A DNA stretch of 63,246 nt, counting the filler, from Choristocarpus tenellus KU-1152 (lineage: Eukaryota > Protista > Phaeophyceae), in NCBI GenBank assembly GCA_964200185.2. It is 13 parts of 13 records of this genome, joined end to end, with 100 filler letters (N's around TTAATTAATTAA, not from the genome) between each part and the next. Parts side by side here need not be neighbours in the genome. Positions count along the whole stretch, not along the records: positions 36,771 to 39,592 come from CAXNAD020024453.1; positions 39,693 to 43,017 come from CAXNAD020020787.1; positions 43,118 to 48,488 come from CAXNAD020011006.1; positions 48,589 to 56,772 come from CAXNAD020005035.1; 9 more parts are not named here. One strand, 5' to 3'. This document shows, piece by piece, positions 39,562-52,142 of this stretch. The number at the start of each line of letters is the position of its first letter. The stretch's first letter is position 1. The notes under the pieces were generated by a model. It worked only from the letters and a program-made list of their open reading frames with translations, was not told the origin of the DNA and made no database searches. The position numbers were made by a program, and so were the translations under genes.

Positions 39562-42500
39562 CGAATCGGTGCAACGCAGTTTTCGTTTGAGANNNNNNNN
39601 NNNNNNNNNNNNNNNNNNNNNNNNNNNNNNNNNNNNTTAATTAATTAANNNNNNNNNNNNNNNNNNNNNNNNNNNNNNNNNNNNNNNNNNNNGCAACATT
39701 GGATTTTGACCCCCAAATGGACGCGACTCTACCCTCTGAGATACTTTGACTCCGAAAACATTACTCCTAATTAGTCATAGTCAGTGATCTCCACTTCATT
39801 TTTATATTGTGTTGTAATCTGCACTTCCTCTTTTCCACCTCTGCCCCTTCTTCTAGTGTTGCTGTTATGGTTGTCAACAACATTACTCCTAATTAGACAT
39901 GGTCAATAATCTCCACTTCATTATTATATTGTGTGGTGCTAGTGGTAGTGGTGACGTTTTCAATAAGAACGAATGGTGATGGTGAGTATTGATTGCTCCC
40001 GTAAAATATCATAAGTAGCACTATAGTCGCGGCTGCTGCCATTGTTGTAGGAAACGATGGCAAGGAAGGAGAACAGATTCAAAGTAAACGAGAGGTACCC
40101 AAAGTTGCATTTTGAGAATGCTGACAAATAGATGCAAAAGTCGTTTTTTTTCAAATGCGTATAGGATACAGCAATTACAAGAGAAGAGCATAAAAAGCAG
40201 AATTCACAATGCAGCGGAGGATAAACGATAGTAGCAGTGGTGTGAGCGAACCTAACCCTCGCATCAATAATAAGCACAGAAGGAGGACAACATTGGGGGT
40301 AGGTGTCTACAACAAGAAAAAACGAACTTGTGGAAAAATGCTTGAAGAAAAAAGCTGATAGATAAATATTATGCTCATGTTGGATACCACAAGATGAACC
40401 TCATTTATTTAATATTTTAACACAAACTGTAGTCCTCATCGTCGTAGTAGTAATCGCAGTGCCAGTAGCGATTCTAGTAGTAGGTATGGCAGAGCCCGCT
40501 TGAGGTTGCTACTATATACATAAGAAGTTCTTGGCTGTATGAACTACCTTTTGGACACCCTGTAGAGAGGTTTTCTCACTATGATCGGACATTTGCTCTA
40601 TTAGGTCAACAATACCGAAGCACAGAAATCCTATATCAGAGTCCCTGCATGTCTTGATCTACTCTCAAAGCCTTCTGTTTCCATGGAACGAAACAGTATA
40701 GGAATATCGAGTCATTGGGGTGTTGAACTCTTGCGCACAGATACATACATGCAAACGAGTATAAGATACTTGACTTTTCCATGGTATCAATCAGGCTGTG
40801 GTTTTGTTATGACGTTGAGGGAGTTTAGAAATCGTCACTTAAAAAGAAAATCATACCACCGGCACTAGACAAGAAGCCGGTGTGCTTAGGTACAACTGGA
40901 GCACTTCACGCCTTCTGCCCCCTTCCAAAAAGCGACCAAATCGTTGGAAGCCCTTAAAGCGACAATGAACATCTTACAGCAAACAAGTTCAGCCTTCATG
41001 CGTTCATTGCCAAGGGTTGGTAAGCTTACAGTTGGGGCAGAGGTTAGTGTTGGGACGCTGCCCCCTGTGCACCCTGTCCAAAACAAATCATTTGCTATCC
41101 TTCTAACCAGGTGGCAACCAGAACCTAGCCTGATCCTGCTGGAGCATATCAGCCAACACAGCTTAGGGATCAACAAATTTGTCGAAGTACTTTGAGTTGC
41201 AACATTTTCCACCCGTCTCGCAAGATCAACTCAAACCTTGCCCAACTCTGCCTATGATTTGGGTGGAACATTGCCGCCTCCGCAGAAGCCACAGGCGTAG
41301 GAAGAGAAGACTATCTGGGTTGTAATGGTAGCGGGATAGGATGCGTGGACGGCTGGAACTTTCTCCTTGTGGATATCAATGAGTGGTTGCCATGTTGGGC
41401 CAGATAAGGCAGGGTGGTGATATATGTTTATCCATTGTACCCAAGAAGGATGTTGGAGGGGGGGGGGAATACTGAATATGAGAACAGTCAGAGCAAGTAT
41501 TTTTCATATTTTTCTAAATTCCAAGATTGATTCCTTGGAATCTTTACGTACAGTAAACAATGCGTTCTGTGGACCAAGAGTCCTTTAAGAACTGGAATAG
41601 GTCTTTCAATTACTAAAGGTGATCTTCTCGGAAAGATGATTATTTGCCTTGATTTATAGCAAGAAGTTTGTTTCGGATTAGGAACATGATGTTTTGTTGA
41701 CGGTTTGGTATCTAGAAGATTTTCCATAACATAAGACCCCACAGTTGTTTATTTGCCAAGTGTTGAATGGAAATTGAATCAGGAATCATACTTTTCAGTC
41801 TACTTCCTGTCCGACCTCCCTTCCTCATTTCAGCATAAAATCCTTTCTGAGCCACCAGTCATCACAACAACAGTGAGGAACCACTGCATAGCCGGCAACT
41901 AAAGTGGACCTACCCTTCCCAAAAGTGTCTAGGCCCCAGTAGAACACAGCATTCACTCTATTGTATGCTCCTCTGTTGTTTTAACGGTGTAGTGGTGCTT
42001 TCTGGATGTGTTATATCATAATCACAGCTTGAAGCGTTAAAATAAATATAATTCTTACACCGCAAGTTGGTTTAGGAGTCGCTGCCTCGTTTTCTGTCAC
42101 TCAAAATAGTATCCGTTACTCCGTTTCCTGCAGGTGATCGTTATTTGTGTCAAAGAATCGTATTGTGCTCTCATCCAGGAAGACAAACCATTGCAGAAAG
42201 TATGGATTTTGACAGGAGTCAGTTTGCTGATAACGAGGCCCGCAGCGACCATACTGGGTAGGAGGTCAGTCCATCGGATGAAAATGAGGCATATGGGAGA
42301 CGGTGCTGAGGAGGACATCGGTCCAGCTAACCACAGTTCAGACGAAGGAAAGGGTACTGGAGATTATCGTAGTCTTGATGACACGCTTCATTCAGCCTTT
42401 CTCGGCAACTTTGTCCCTCTTTGACTCAAACTGAAAAGCTCCCGGATTGTCACATTTATGGTAGAGTGATAGCACTAATGCTGAGTACCTTTGTACGTCA

Positions 42501-43181
42501 CTTCCACTCGTTTCCGAGGTTTGAAGGAGGTAAACCCGTACCTTTGCTCAGCAAAGTACCTTCAACAACATACAGTTTTATTTCAATATGCTAGAGTTGT
42601 CGAGGGTGGAGTTGGGAGGGGCTAAGCCCAAGGTGTCCGACATGACCAATGTCTTTCACAAGGTGAGTTATCTCTACTGTACTCCTTGCACAGATTCGAA
42701 GTTAGGGTTAGGATCTGGGTGGGTTAGGATTAGGATTACGAGGTCTATCTAATTTTGATACTCCAACATGCTCGTTGGAGGAGGTCTTAGTGGGTGGGCT
42801 AATAGTAGTACTGATGCAGTTAGACAAGGGGGTTCATAATATGGTATATTTTTTCTCTCCGTGCACATATGGGTGAAGCACTGTAAATATTGTACTACAT
42901 ACATATAATAGACCCAAAGTATCTGGGGGGGGGGGGGGGGGCTCAACCCGGGGGTCCCTTTGGGCCAAAAACAAGCAAAGGGGTTTTTCATTTCTCCCCC
43001 CGAAAAAAAAAACAAAANNNNNNNNNNNNNNNNNNNNNNNNNNNNNNNNNNNNNNNNNNNNTTAATTAATTAANNNNNNNNNNNNNNNNNNNNNNNNNNN
43101 NNNNNNNNNNNNNNNNNCTGATTTTGACCCCAATGAACATCCTGGTGTAGACCACCATCCCCCTCCCAGATACTTTGGGTC

Positions 43182-46100
43182 ACAATCTGTGCCTTCCCCT
43201 CCTTCACCAAGTTTCTAACATAATGATATCTGATATCTATATGTTTTGTTCTACCCCCTGAAGTCGTCTTCTCAGCCAACTTGATTGCCGCTATTGTCTT
43301 CAAACAATCGTACACAATACTTGAGCACAGTTGGCTCCAAAAAATATTGGACTTGCTACAAAAACATAACTTCCTTGGCCAAATCACACAACGACAAATA
43401 CTCGGCCTCAGTAGTAGATAAAGCAGCAGTTTTCTGCTTTTTTGACCACCAGCTCACACATGTACCCCCAAACATTACCACGCCACCAGACACAGAAAAT
43501 CTCGAAATCTCACAATTGGCGAAATCAGCATCAGCATAGCCAATGAGTTGGTTCCTGGGTGCATTCCTGTAAAAACTGAAATCACCATAGGTCAATCCTC
43601 TTCTGCTTGTCCTCAACAGATACACAATAACTCTCTCAGCCTCCTTCCAATCCGTCACTGTAGGGTTTACACATTTCATTGCTATGCTCCTTACTGCAGA
43701 TGATACATTGGGTCTGGTCATAATGGATGCCCACATCAAGCTCCCAACCATTGCATGATAACCGTCTCTCACTGGTCCCTCCTCAACAAACTCTTTGGTG
43801 GCAACAGCACGAAGGTCACAGCCAGTGTGATCCCACATTTTCCCGCCAATTTTTCAACATATACCTGCTGGTCTATGGAAACAGTCCCTAGTCTACAATC
43901 CTTGTTAATGCGGCATCCCATAAACTGTCCCTTCTCCCCAACGTACTCCACTGGGAACTTCTTGTTCAGTCCCTGAACTATACTCAAGGCATGTTTAGGC
44001 CCCTTGCTGGCCATAAGTATGTCATCTACATGAATGAGCATGATCAATACCAGTTCCCCATCCAATATCCATCTAAATACAAAAAGATCAGACTCACATT
44101 GCTCCAGTCCCAGCTCCAGTAATGATGTCACAAGCAAAGCATTCCGATTCCGTGATGCTTGTACAATCCCGTACAGTTATTTCTGTAGCTTCCCAACTAC
44201 ACCATCAAATTCAGCCACCACCCCCTCTGGCAGCTCCACATACAAGTCTTCCTCCAAGTCTGCATTAGTGAAAGTCCTCATTGCATCTGCCATATTCAGG
44301 TCCCATCCCAACCGTGCTGTCAAAGCCCGAATCATCCGCAGGCTTGACATTTGTGCTGTTGGTGCGATTTTTTCATGCCAGTCAATTCCAGGCTGTTGTC
44401 GAAATCCTTGTACCACCAGTAAAACTTTCCATCACTCCACCAATCCCACTGCATTCACCTTTCTCGAAAAGATGAATTTCATTTTCAAGATATTTGCATC
44501 AGTTGTTCTGGGAACCTGAACCCACGCGCCTTGAGCAATTAATCCATCAATCTCATCATAAATAGCCTCAAGCTACTCATTAGACTCTTGAGGCTCAAGC
44601 GCTTCCTTCACAGTGAGAGGTACTGGAGGCAATTCACTCGCTGGAGTATCTCCTGGCCAGCCCAGTCACAACTCATCACCAATCATATCGTCCACCTTAT
44701 GTCTGATCACAAAGGCTGTTCATCTAGTGGTTCTCTTCCGTGCCAGGGGAGATTGTGACGACGACCAATAAAAACATGTTTAATTGGGAATCTTGTGATG
44801 GAACAGTTACAGTTGGAGGTGGTGGAACACTTGACATTGTGGGAAAGGGGGGCATCAAATTGGAATGTGTTCTGTGTGGTAAACTGGAGACTGTGGTGTT
44901 TAATAAAGTACTTGTGGTGCTTGATCTTGGTGTGAACTTGTATTCAGCCAAGGCTTGCATGCGAGATGGTCACAGTTTCCGGTCTGTAGACTCCACTAGA
45001 ATCTCTACTTTTAGGAGCAACGGGGAAAGAAATCTCACCTTCCACGTCATTGGGGGAGGAGGAATTATTCTCTCTAGGAATGCGCAGAGTGAATGTGATG
45101 AATGATTCCGATTATACAGATGCCCCTACCATTGATATTCTTGGTTTACCAGAAATAGGATTTGTATCAACGGCAGGGGCATCTGTATAATCGGAGTCAT
45201 TAATCACTTTCACTCTGTGCATTCCTAGAGAGAATAATTCCTCCCTCAATGACGTGGAAGGTGATTTCTTTCCCCGTTGCCCCTAAAAGTAGAGATTCTA
45301 GTGGAGTCTACAGACCGGAAACTGTGACCATCTCGCATGCAAGCCTTGGCTGAATGCAAGATCACACCAAGATCAGGCACTACAAGTACCTTAGTAAACA
45401 CCACAGTCTCCAGTTTACCACTCAGAACACATTCCAATTTGATGTCCCCCTTTCCCACAATGTCAAGCGTTCCACCACCTCCAACTGCAACTGTTCCATC
45501 ACAAGATTCCCAATTAAACATGTTTTTATTGGTCGTCGTAAAATTATGTTTGGCTCCACTGTCCAAATCCAAACCTCAACCCATGATGGCCTCTTGAAAG
45601 GAAGTGATTTTACCTTACTAGCGAGATAACTCACTTGGTTGGTAAATGAAAATCTCTCCATCGCCAGCATCCAACTTTGATCCGCTTCTCTTGTTCTTAG
45701 AACCATTCCCCCCCATCCGATTCTTCTTCTTCTGGATGTTCGAAGATTCCAGACCCCTTGACGCTCCCAATGTTCTTTGTGGACATCTGAAGCTTTGATG
45801 TCCTTTTTCACTTCATATATACAAAACATGTAATACCCCCATCACTCGCCTTCTGTTTCTTGATGAGAAGACACTTAGACCGAAAGTGAGGTCCACCACA
45901 TTCCCAGCAACTGGGTTGTCCACCATTTCGTCTGGATTGCCGTCCAGCCACCAGCGTGCCAGCTCTCACCCCAGCCGAGTCCGACCCTCTTTGAATGGAG
46001 CGCAGTCTATATATATCTTTTGAGGACAAATTTTTCCAATTAAATCCTTCCTTCCACCGACTCCTAATCATCTATCTGGGACATGATGTCCTGATACTCC

Positions 46101-46768
46101 TCACTGAGTGGATTTTGTAGCCAACCTACTCAATCTTCCTCTGTGACGGTACCTCCCAATCTCTTCAACTCAATTATAAGAGCCTCCTGCCGGTTGATAA
46201 TATTAGCAGGATCTCCCCCAGGTTCCAGCACCATGTCCATCAATTTCCGTTTCACGAGATTTCTCTCAGTCTGGTCTCAATGGGCATTATTTTTCACCAG
46301 TGCGTCGAACGCCTCACTCGGTGACTCGTACGTCAGTACGATGTCCAACGCAGGTCCTGCCGTTGCCTCCTGCAGTCCATTTATAGCATATGTCGTCGCA
46401 TGGTGCAGATACGGGTCCACACCTGCCGGGGAATACTCCAACGACAGTACCCTTAGATATTCCTTCGTAACTAATGGCTCCCTCCATCCCGATGAGAGAG
46501 CGTGCGTAAGAAACGTTTTACTCCATTTCTTCCACGTCCCTGGTTCCCCCTTAAACGCAGGTTGTTTTGAGGAATATTGCTTCAGTTTCGGGGTAAGTAC
46601 GGGTCTAACCCCCATGGCCACCACATCTCTTGCCCCAACCCTAGCCCCGCCCCCTTGCGAAGCTGATGTCCTCTCATGTATCTCACTCCTTCCTCGGGTC
46701 ATTGTCAGTTCTTCAATTCTGTCATCAATGGAGTTTAGACTTGAATCGATTCTTGATCTGGCCATCAT
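43182..46768 (-). mobile_element. Degenerate Ty1/Copia retrotransposon (gag, Zn-knuckle, protease, RT, RNase H; integrase not seen)
   Basis: gag 46768-~46020 (FKGEPGTWKKW), knuckle CWECGGPHFRSKC, protease LDSGAKHNF, RT VQGFRQQPGIDW / LIHVDDILM / YHAMVGSLMWASIMTRP, RNase H LIGYADADFA / ALSTTEAEY / RTKHIDIRYHYVR. The 3' end is interrupted by a MITE end at 43118-43181. Confidence 0.92.
44758..45539. repeat. Inverted duplication of the Copia protease region (arms 44758-45137 and 45165-45539, 27-nt loop)
   Basis: ORFs 44740-45105(+) and 45246-45572(-) encode nearly identical peptides; arms checked by eye. Confidence 0.92.
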
Positions 46769-46843
46769 AGTTTATCTTGACTCCTTCCCGGTGATAGCTA
46801 TAAAATCAAAGTATAATAACTACGCAAGCACGCAAAAATAGGT

Positions 46844-47171
46844 GCTATAGCATGTTAAGCTGTCCTTGACGATCTGTTGTCCCACACAACCAGTTATATT
46901 ATTGTTTATTGGCTTGTATCACAGTTGAGAAGAGAGTGAGATACCTTTACTAGGTGGGGCTCACCAATCCTTACAATGAATGACTTAGAATATCAAATGA
47001 CTCAACGGTTCTCTATTTCCCGTCAGAAACACTCGGACTCTAATAGTCCGTCGATTACTTCCGGTCAAATGCCCCGTCTAAATATCCCGAATGTCCCGCA
47101 TTATCATCTGTGCGTACATGAAATAATACCTCAAATCATATTCTCACAAATGGTCAAGCATAATCTTGACA
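46844..47171 (-). repeat. Probable Copia 5' LTR; second diverged copy at ~59800-60119 (+)
   Basis: A ~330-bp segment is shared between two contigs, lies directly upstream of gag, contains AATAAA and ends ...CAGCTTAACA. Confidence 0.65.
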
Positions 47172-48661
47172 CACTCCCCTGCTCTGACTATGCAGTGAGA
47201 ATCAAATCAGTCCAACAATACAACCTACCTTAAAATCAACTCAATTTGCACACTTCGAATATTAATCCCACACATGGACAAGCAAACTCTTGACAATCTC
47301 CTTTCCACACAGAAGGTGAGACTACAATTTAACAAGGGCTCTTTCAGCAATTGTACAAAATGACCACTTTTTGCCCGTTCTTAGGATCCTTAAAATAAAA
47401 CCCTGTCTACCTGTCAGTTGGTTTTACTCTGCATTTACCCGAGAGGCCAGTGACCACATGAAAATGTTGGGGGAGATAGGGGCATCGAACCAATGACACT
47501 ATATTGGAGCCCCTTTGTGCTGAAACCAAGGATTAGTACACTGTTGTGGACACGCTACAATAGCCTAGACCTTCCCATGTTCATGGTAATATATTCTGTC
47601 CTCTTCTTTCTCGTAGAGTCATGTTCTGAAGGAGGAAGCCAATAATGCAGATACTGTTGATATTGCAGTGTAGGTGCTGATTGCAACAACAAATTGCTGT
47701 AACAGGTGGAATCGTGTACTATAGTGAATCGCATGTTGTGGTGGGGACATCGCTTATGTAAATTGGGGTAGACAGGTGGATTGCAGGTCTCTCCTATAGC
47801 TTTTGGATAGATAGTGAAGCACTGAACTTCGAGTCCTATTCATCACCTAATTGCCGATATTTTTCTGTTTAGGAAATATTGTGGTTTAGGTGGTAGTATC
47901 ATAATATATGAAGTTTAAAATAATAATTGAAACAGGCAACTGGCTCAAAGTATCTGGGTTCTCTGGGGGGGGGTGGCTGCTGTTCCTCCTGCAATTTTAG
48001 CCACTGACTGCCACAACTAGGTCTGGTCTAGTGAAAGATCCAACCTCCTAAGAGGACATCTTCGTTCACTTAGGTCTAGTACCTCTCACAAGAAAAAGCA
48101 CAGTAGGTGTTGAGACTATGAGGAAAGGTACCCAAGCTTTCCCTACGGTGGTGGAACCAGGCAGGCAGCAGTCAACCAGCCTGCCAGTCCACCCTCTACA
48201 CTATCATACCATAACCAAACCTAACCTAAGCCCTCTCAATCCTACCCAACCACTACTACCACTTATTTTGTAACATATACATTCATGTATGTTTTCGTTA
48301 CGGGTGGTTCTCATTACTCTCATCATACAAACTCGTTAGGGTCAAAGCATCTGGAGGGGGGGGTGACGGCGTCCATTAATCACCCTTTTTCGATTTTAAT
48401 TTTTTGGTGTGATTTGGTCGCACGTGTCGGATTTGAAATGTCAGCAAAAAAAAGAGTTGTTTGACCGAAACGGACACCCCCTCACAACNNNNNNNNNNNN
48501 NNNNNNNNNNNNNNNNNNNNNNNNNNNNNNNNTTAATTAATTAANNNNNNNNNNNNNNNNNNNNNNNNNNNNNNNNNNNNNNNNNNNNCTCCCTCTCCTT
48601 CGTTTTTTTCTTTTTTTTTTTTTTTTTTTTGGTTTTGTTCCATCCTTTTGTTTTTTTCGCC

Positions 48662-48692
<31 letters not shown>

Positions 48693-48724
48693 TTGTTATT
48701 GTGTAATACGTTTTTTGTTTTCAG

Positions 48725-49727
48725 GAATTTGTTGATACCAGTGGAGGTGGAAGTGGGTATGGGGAGGAGGCGTTGGGGGTTCCAGTTCGACGCAAATCGA
48801 AAAAAAAGTCTGTGGATAATCGGGCATCCAAGGGGCGGAAGATCAAGTACGTTACTCACCCCAAGATGCAGAACTTCATGTACCCTCAGGTGTGTGTTAT
48901 AGAGTGTTGTCATAACACTCCTGTTATTACTATTGCTACTCTTTTGGTATGGCTGAAACACAAGACGAGGAAGTGAACTGAGTTATGAGTGGGGATTATT
49001 GCAGTTGGAGGGACAAAAGAGGTGATTCATTCGCTGTAGCAAAACTGCATTGATTGCCGGAAGTGGAAATCTGCGATGGCTGATTCCTAATCGAAGTGAA
49101 GAGTTTGCTGCATGATGGAGAAGGTGTGTGTGCGGTTGTGGTTTGTGCTCTACATCTTTTCTTTCTCAGCAATGTTTGAGGAAGCCCTGGTAGGGTCACA
49201 TTTCGCAAGGTTAGGCAAGCTGAAGTATAGTAGTGGCTGTATGCCGCTCAAGAAAGTCAAAAATAATATAATTCAATAGATTACTATATTAAAGTGGAAC
49301 TTTCAATTGTTTTCTCACTTGTGAGCTGGATAGTTTGATACATTTAATATGTTTCAACTAAGATTACGATTTTTGAAAGTATTGTACAGCTGGTAGTTGG
49401 TTGGGTAGAAAGGGTTGGGTCTCCTCGGTGGCAACATATTGCATTTCTTGTGATTGGGGATACATATTTCGATTTCGATGTAGGCAAAGTTGACCTTGAG
49501 TTCAACGTATGGTGGGTGTACATTGGGCAATCTTCGACTTTATTATTTTCTGTGTATGTCCTACATTTGTAATACAACTTTACCACTAATACCTCGACCC
49601 CAAACCTCTCATGTCACTCTGTGTCTTCCATGTTCTTCCCACTACAAAGGAGTACCCTCCACCCCCCATGGAGCCTGATGAGCTCTTTGCCTCGCTTTTC
49701 GGGGGCACTTCAACTGCTGCTGCTTAG
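48725..49727 (+). CDS. AATF: AATF/BFR2 (Traube) rRNA-processing factor, last two exons
   Basis: Exon 48725-48889 encodes VDNRASKGRKIKYVTHPKMQNFMYPQ and exon 49650-49727 encodes EYPPPPMEPDELFASLFGGTSTAAA*. This is the conserved TRAUB C-terminal signature. Confidence 0.92.
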
Positions 49728-50479
49728 CTGTTACTGACTTGAGGCTAACTAAGTTGGTTGTTTCTGTGCTCTCTCCTGCCGATTGTCCTTTTAGCCTTGA
49801 TGCTCTCTAGTGCTATTATTTCGATGGGGTAGTGGGGTTATTGGTGCGATACCCAAGTCTGTGTGCAGCATGATTTAGTGAGTGGAATGATGTGGAAGTT
49901 TGTCCCCTTTTGGTGATTGTTTTACCAGTGTTAAATTAGACCAAAGAGGGTGTGATGTGATGTTGTGTAGGCCCTTCTGGATAGATGATTGGTGACAACA
50001 CTTAAACGTTTTCCCCACTGGTGGAAGAGTCATCATATTATACTTTTTTCTAATGAAACCACGAGGAGAGAGTCATATACCTGCAAGGAAGTTGAGATTA
50101 GGGTTTCCAGAGGCAGTATAGTATGGATGTCATACATGAGAGAGAAAAATCATTTTGGTTGAGGCACGATTCAAGAAACAGGTGTTAAGTCACTCTGTAA
50201 CAGACACCACACCAAGTGTGGAAATGATGCAGCCCCATTGTATTTCGTGTGTGTTGGTGTTATTATTATTTGTTTTCATGACTGATGCCCGTTCCTCTCA
50301 CCTCACAAACCAAAAACTAGCCCATGTGACATAGAGCCTGATGCCTTAACTTGCCGAGACCTTGTGAATACTTACAACACTGAAAAGTGTGTCCTCAACT
50401 CATGATATGGAGTTGGGTATAGGCCTTACACAGGATTGTTATTCATTGCATTAGTTAGTGAGTGTGACCCTCACAATCC

Positions 50480-52110
50480 TTAGAAGAACAAAGAGAGACG
50501 AGTAAAGGGGGAATCAAAAGCAGCAAGGCGTTTCTTGGGGTCAGGGTCTAGAAGGCCCTTAAGGAGAGAACGAGTCTGACCATCTTCCACTTGAGAGAGA
50601 TCCACCATGAAGTCTTGGCTACAAAGTGTAGATAACACCTGTGTCATTGGGAGTAATGGACATTTCAAACATTCTGTGTATGCTGTACTCTAGGTTCAAT
50701 ACCTCCAGTACAAGGTAGAAAACTTGAGATATTTTGATACTATGTGAGATCATATATGTCTCATTACAATGACATCAGTGCTTAACCTCTCAATAGGTTT
50801 GTGGTTTAGTTAAAGGCACAATATACCTCACAAGAAACCCTTGATGGTGTGAGTCAGATGACTTGAATTTGTACTTCCTACGGGCAACTATCATCATTTA
50901 CTAACGCCTTGTTGACCTCTGATTTGTTTGTCAGTGGAAATTGAGAAATTTCGTAACTCAGTTGTCGGTCCAGTCAAGAAAATATCCTGCTTCAACTCGA
51001 GCTCCATCAATTTTGAGAATATTTAATGGGATCAAGACTTTGTGTTTAGCCGGATGTAGTCGATGTGACAGACTTGGTGGAGGAATCATTCCTGCATTTT
51101 TGGTTGTACTATCCACCCCTGGACTATCATAGCATAGCATTACCACCCCAGAGCGGTCTGACAAGACCATGGCAGAACATTATAGAAATAGTGGGGATTA
51201 GATAGTAGGTCTCATGTATTGTCATACACACCTACAATAGGGAGAAACAACACATGTTCATCCCTATCAATATCCTTCAATAGTCCCTTTCCACACCTTG
51301 CTAGACATAGACAAAAACATGGAGCTGCAGATCTGGATCAGAATGTCCTGTTGTACACAAAGGGGAGGAAGGGGGGGGGGGAAACACATCCAATATATAC
51401 ACCTACCTGGGAATTGCTGTAGCCGGCAAAGTACCCCTTTCCCAGGTTGAGGTGGAGAATTGCCATGCCCAAGCTCCACACATCCAAGCTACGATCAGCT
51501 CTGAGATCAGGGGTCTTGAGTATGGAAATGCAACAAAAGAGGGAGGTAATATTCGTAGATGAGAATTTTACCAAGTAGCTCTATTCCAATGTGTCACCAT
51601 GGGCAAACTCCTAGATAGAGAACATCACCTGGCGTATGTGAGTCTGCCACAGTTCCCACCCACAACAAGTAAAAAGTGATACTACGCAATTTTAACTTTC
51701 ATTCCCCATACAATAGCAGCAACAGGTATAGCTGGAGCTGGATTATGAGTGTGGGAGGCCCAGGTAGTTACAATTGATAAGACTGAAGCAATCCCATATA
51801 GAGAGATCCAGGAATTATCCTCAAGGAAAGATAGGGCAACACACTTTCTTGTGCTTATTGCGGAGTGGTAGAGAAGGAAATACAATCAAGATAATGACTT
51901 CCAAGGGTCTAGGAGGTATTTATCTATTGAAGTGAAGGGGAAGAACATGGAAAAGAGGAAGGTGTGTGTCTTGAACATGCCTCACGCCTTCATGCTCCTT
52001 GGGTTTATTATTATTAACTGTGTCTCTCTCCTTTCCAGCCTGTAGTGACATGTACTTCAAATCCTCCCCCTCAGACTATTCATAGTTTTAGTCAAGTTGT
52101 AGCCAGAAAA

Positions 52111-52142
<32 letters not shown>

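Noticed and set aside
39763-42430. ORFs at 40886-41212 and 42134-42424 and a ~60-bp direct repeat at 39757/39878
   Set aside because: No family motif recognised and no supportable gene model; the repeat looks like a simple local duplication.
47470-47500. tRNA B-box-like motifs (also ~29915 and ~56672)
   Set aside because: Only T-loop-like fragments are present; no cloverleaf could be built.
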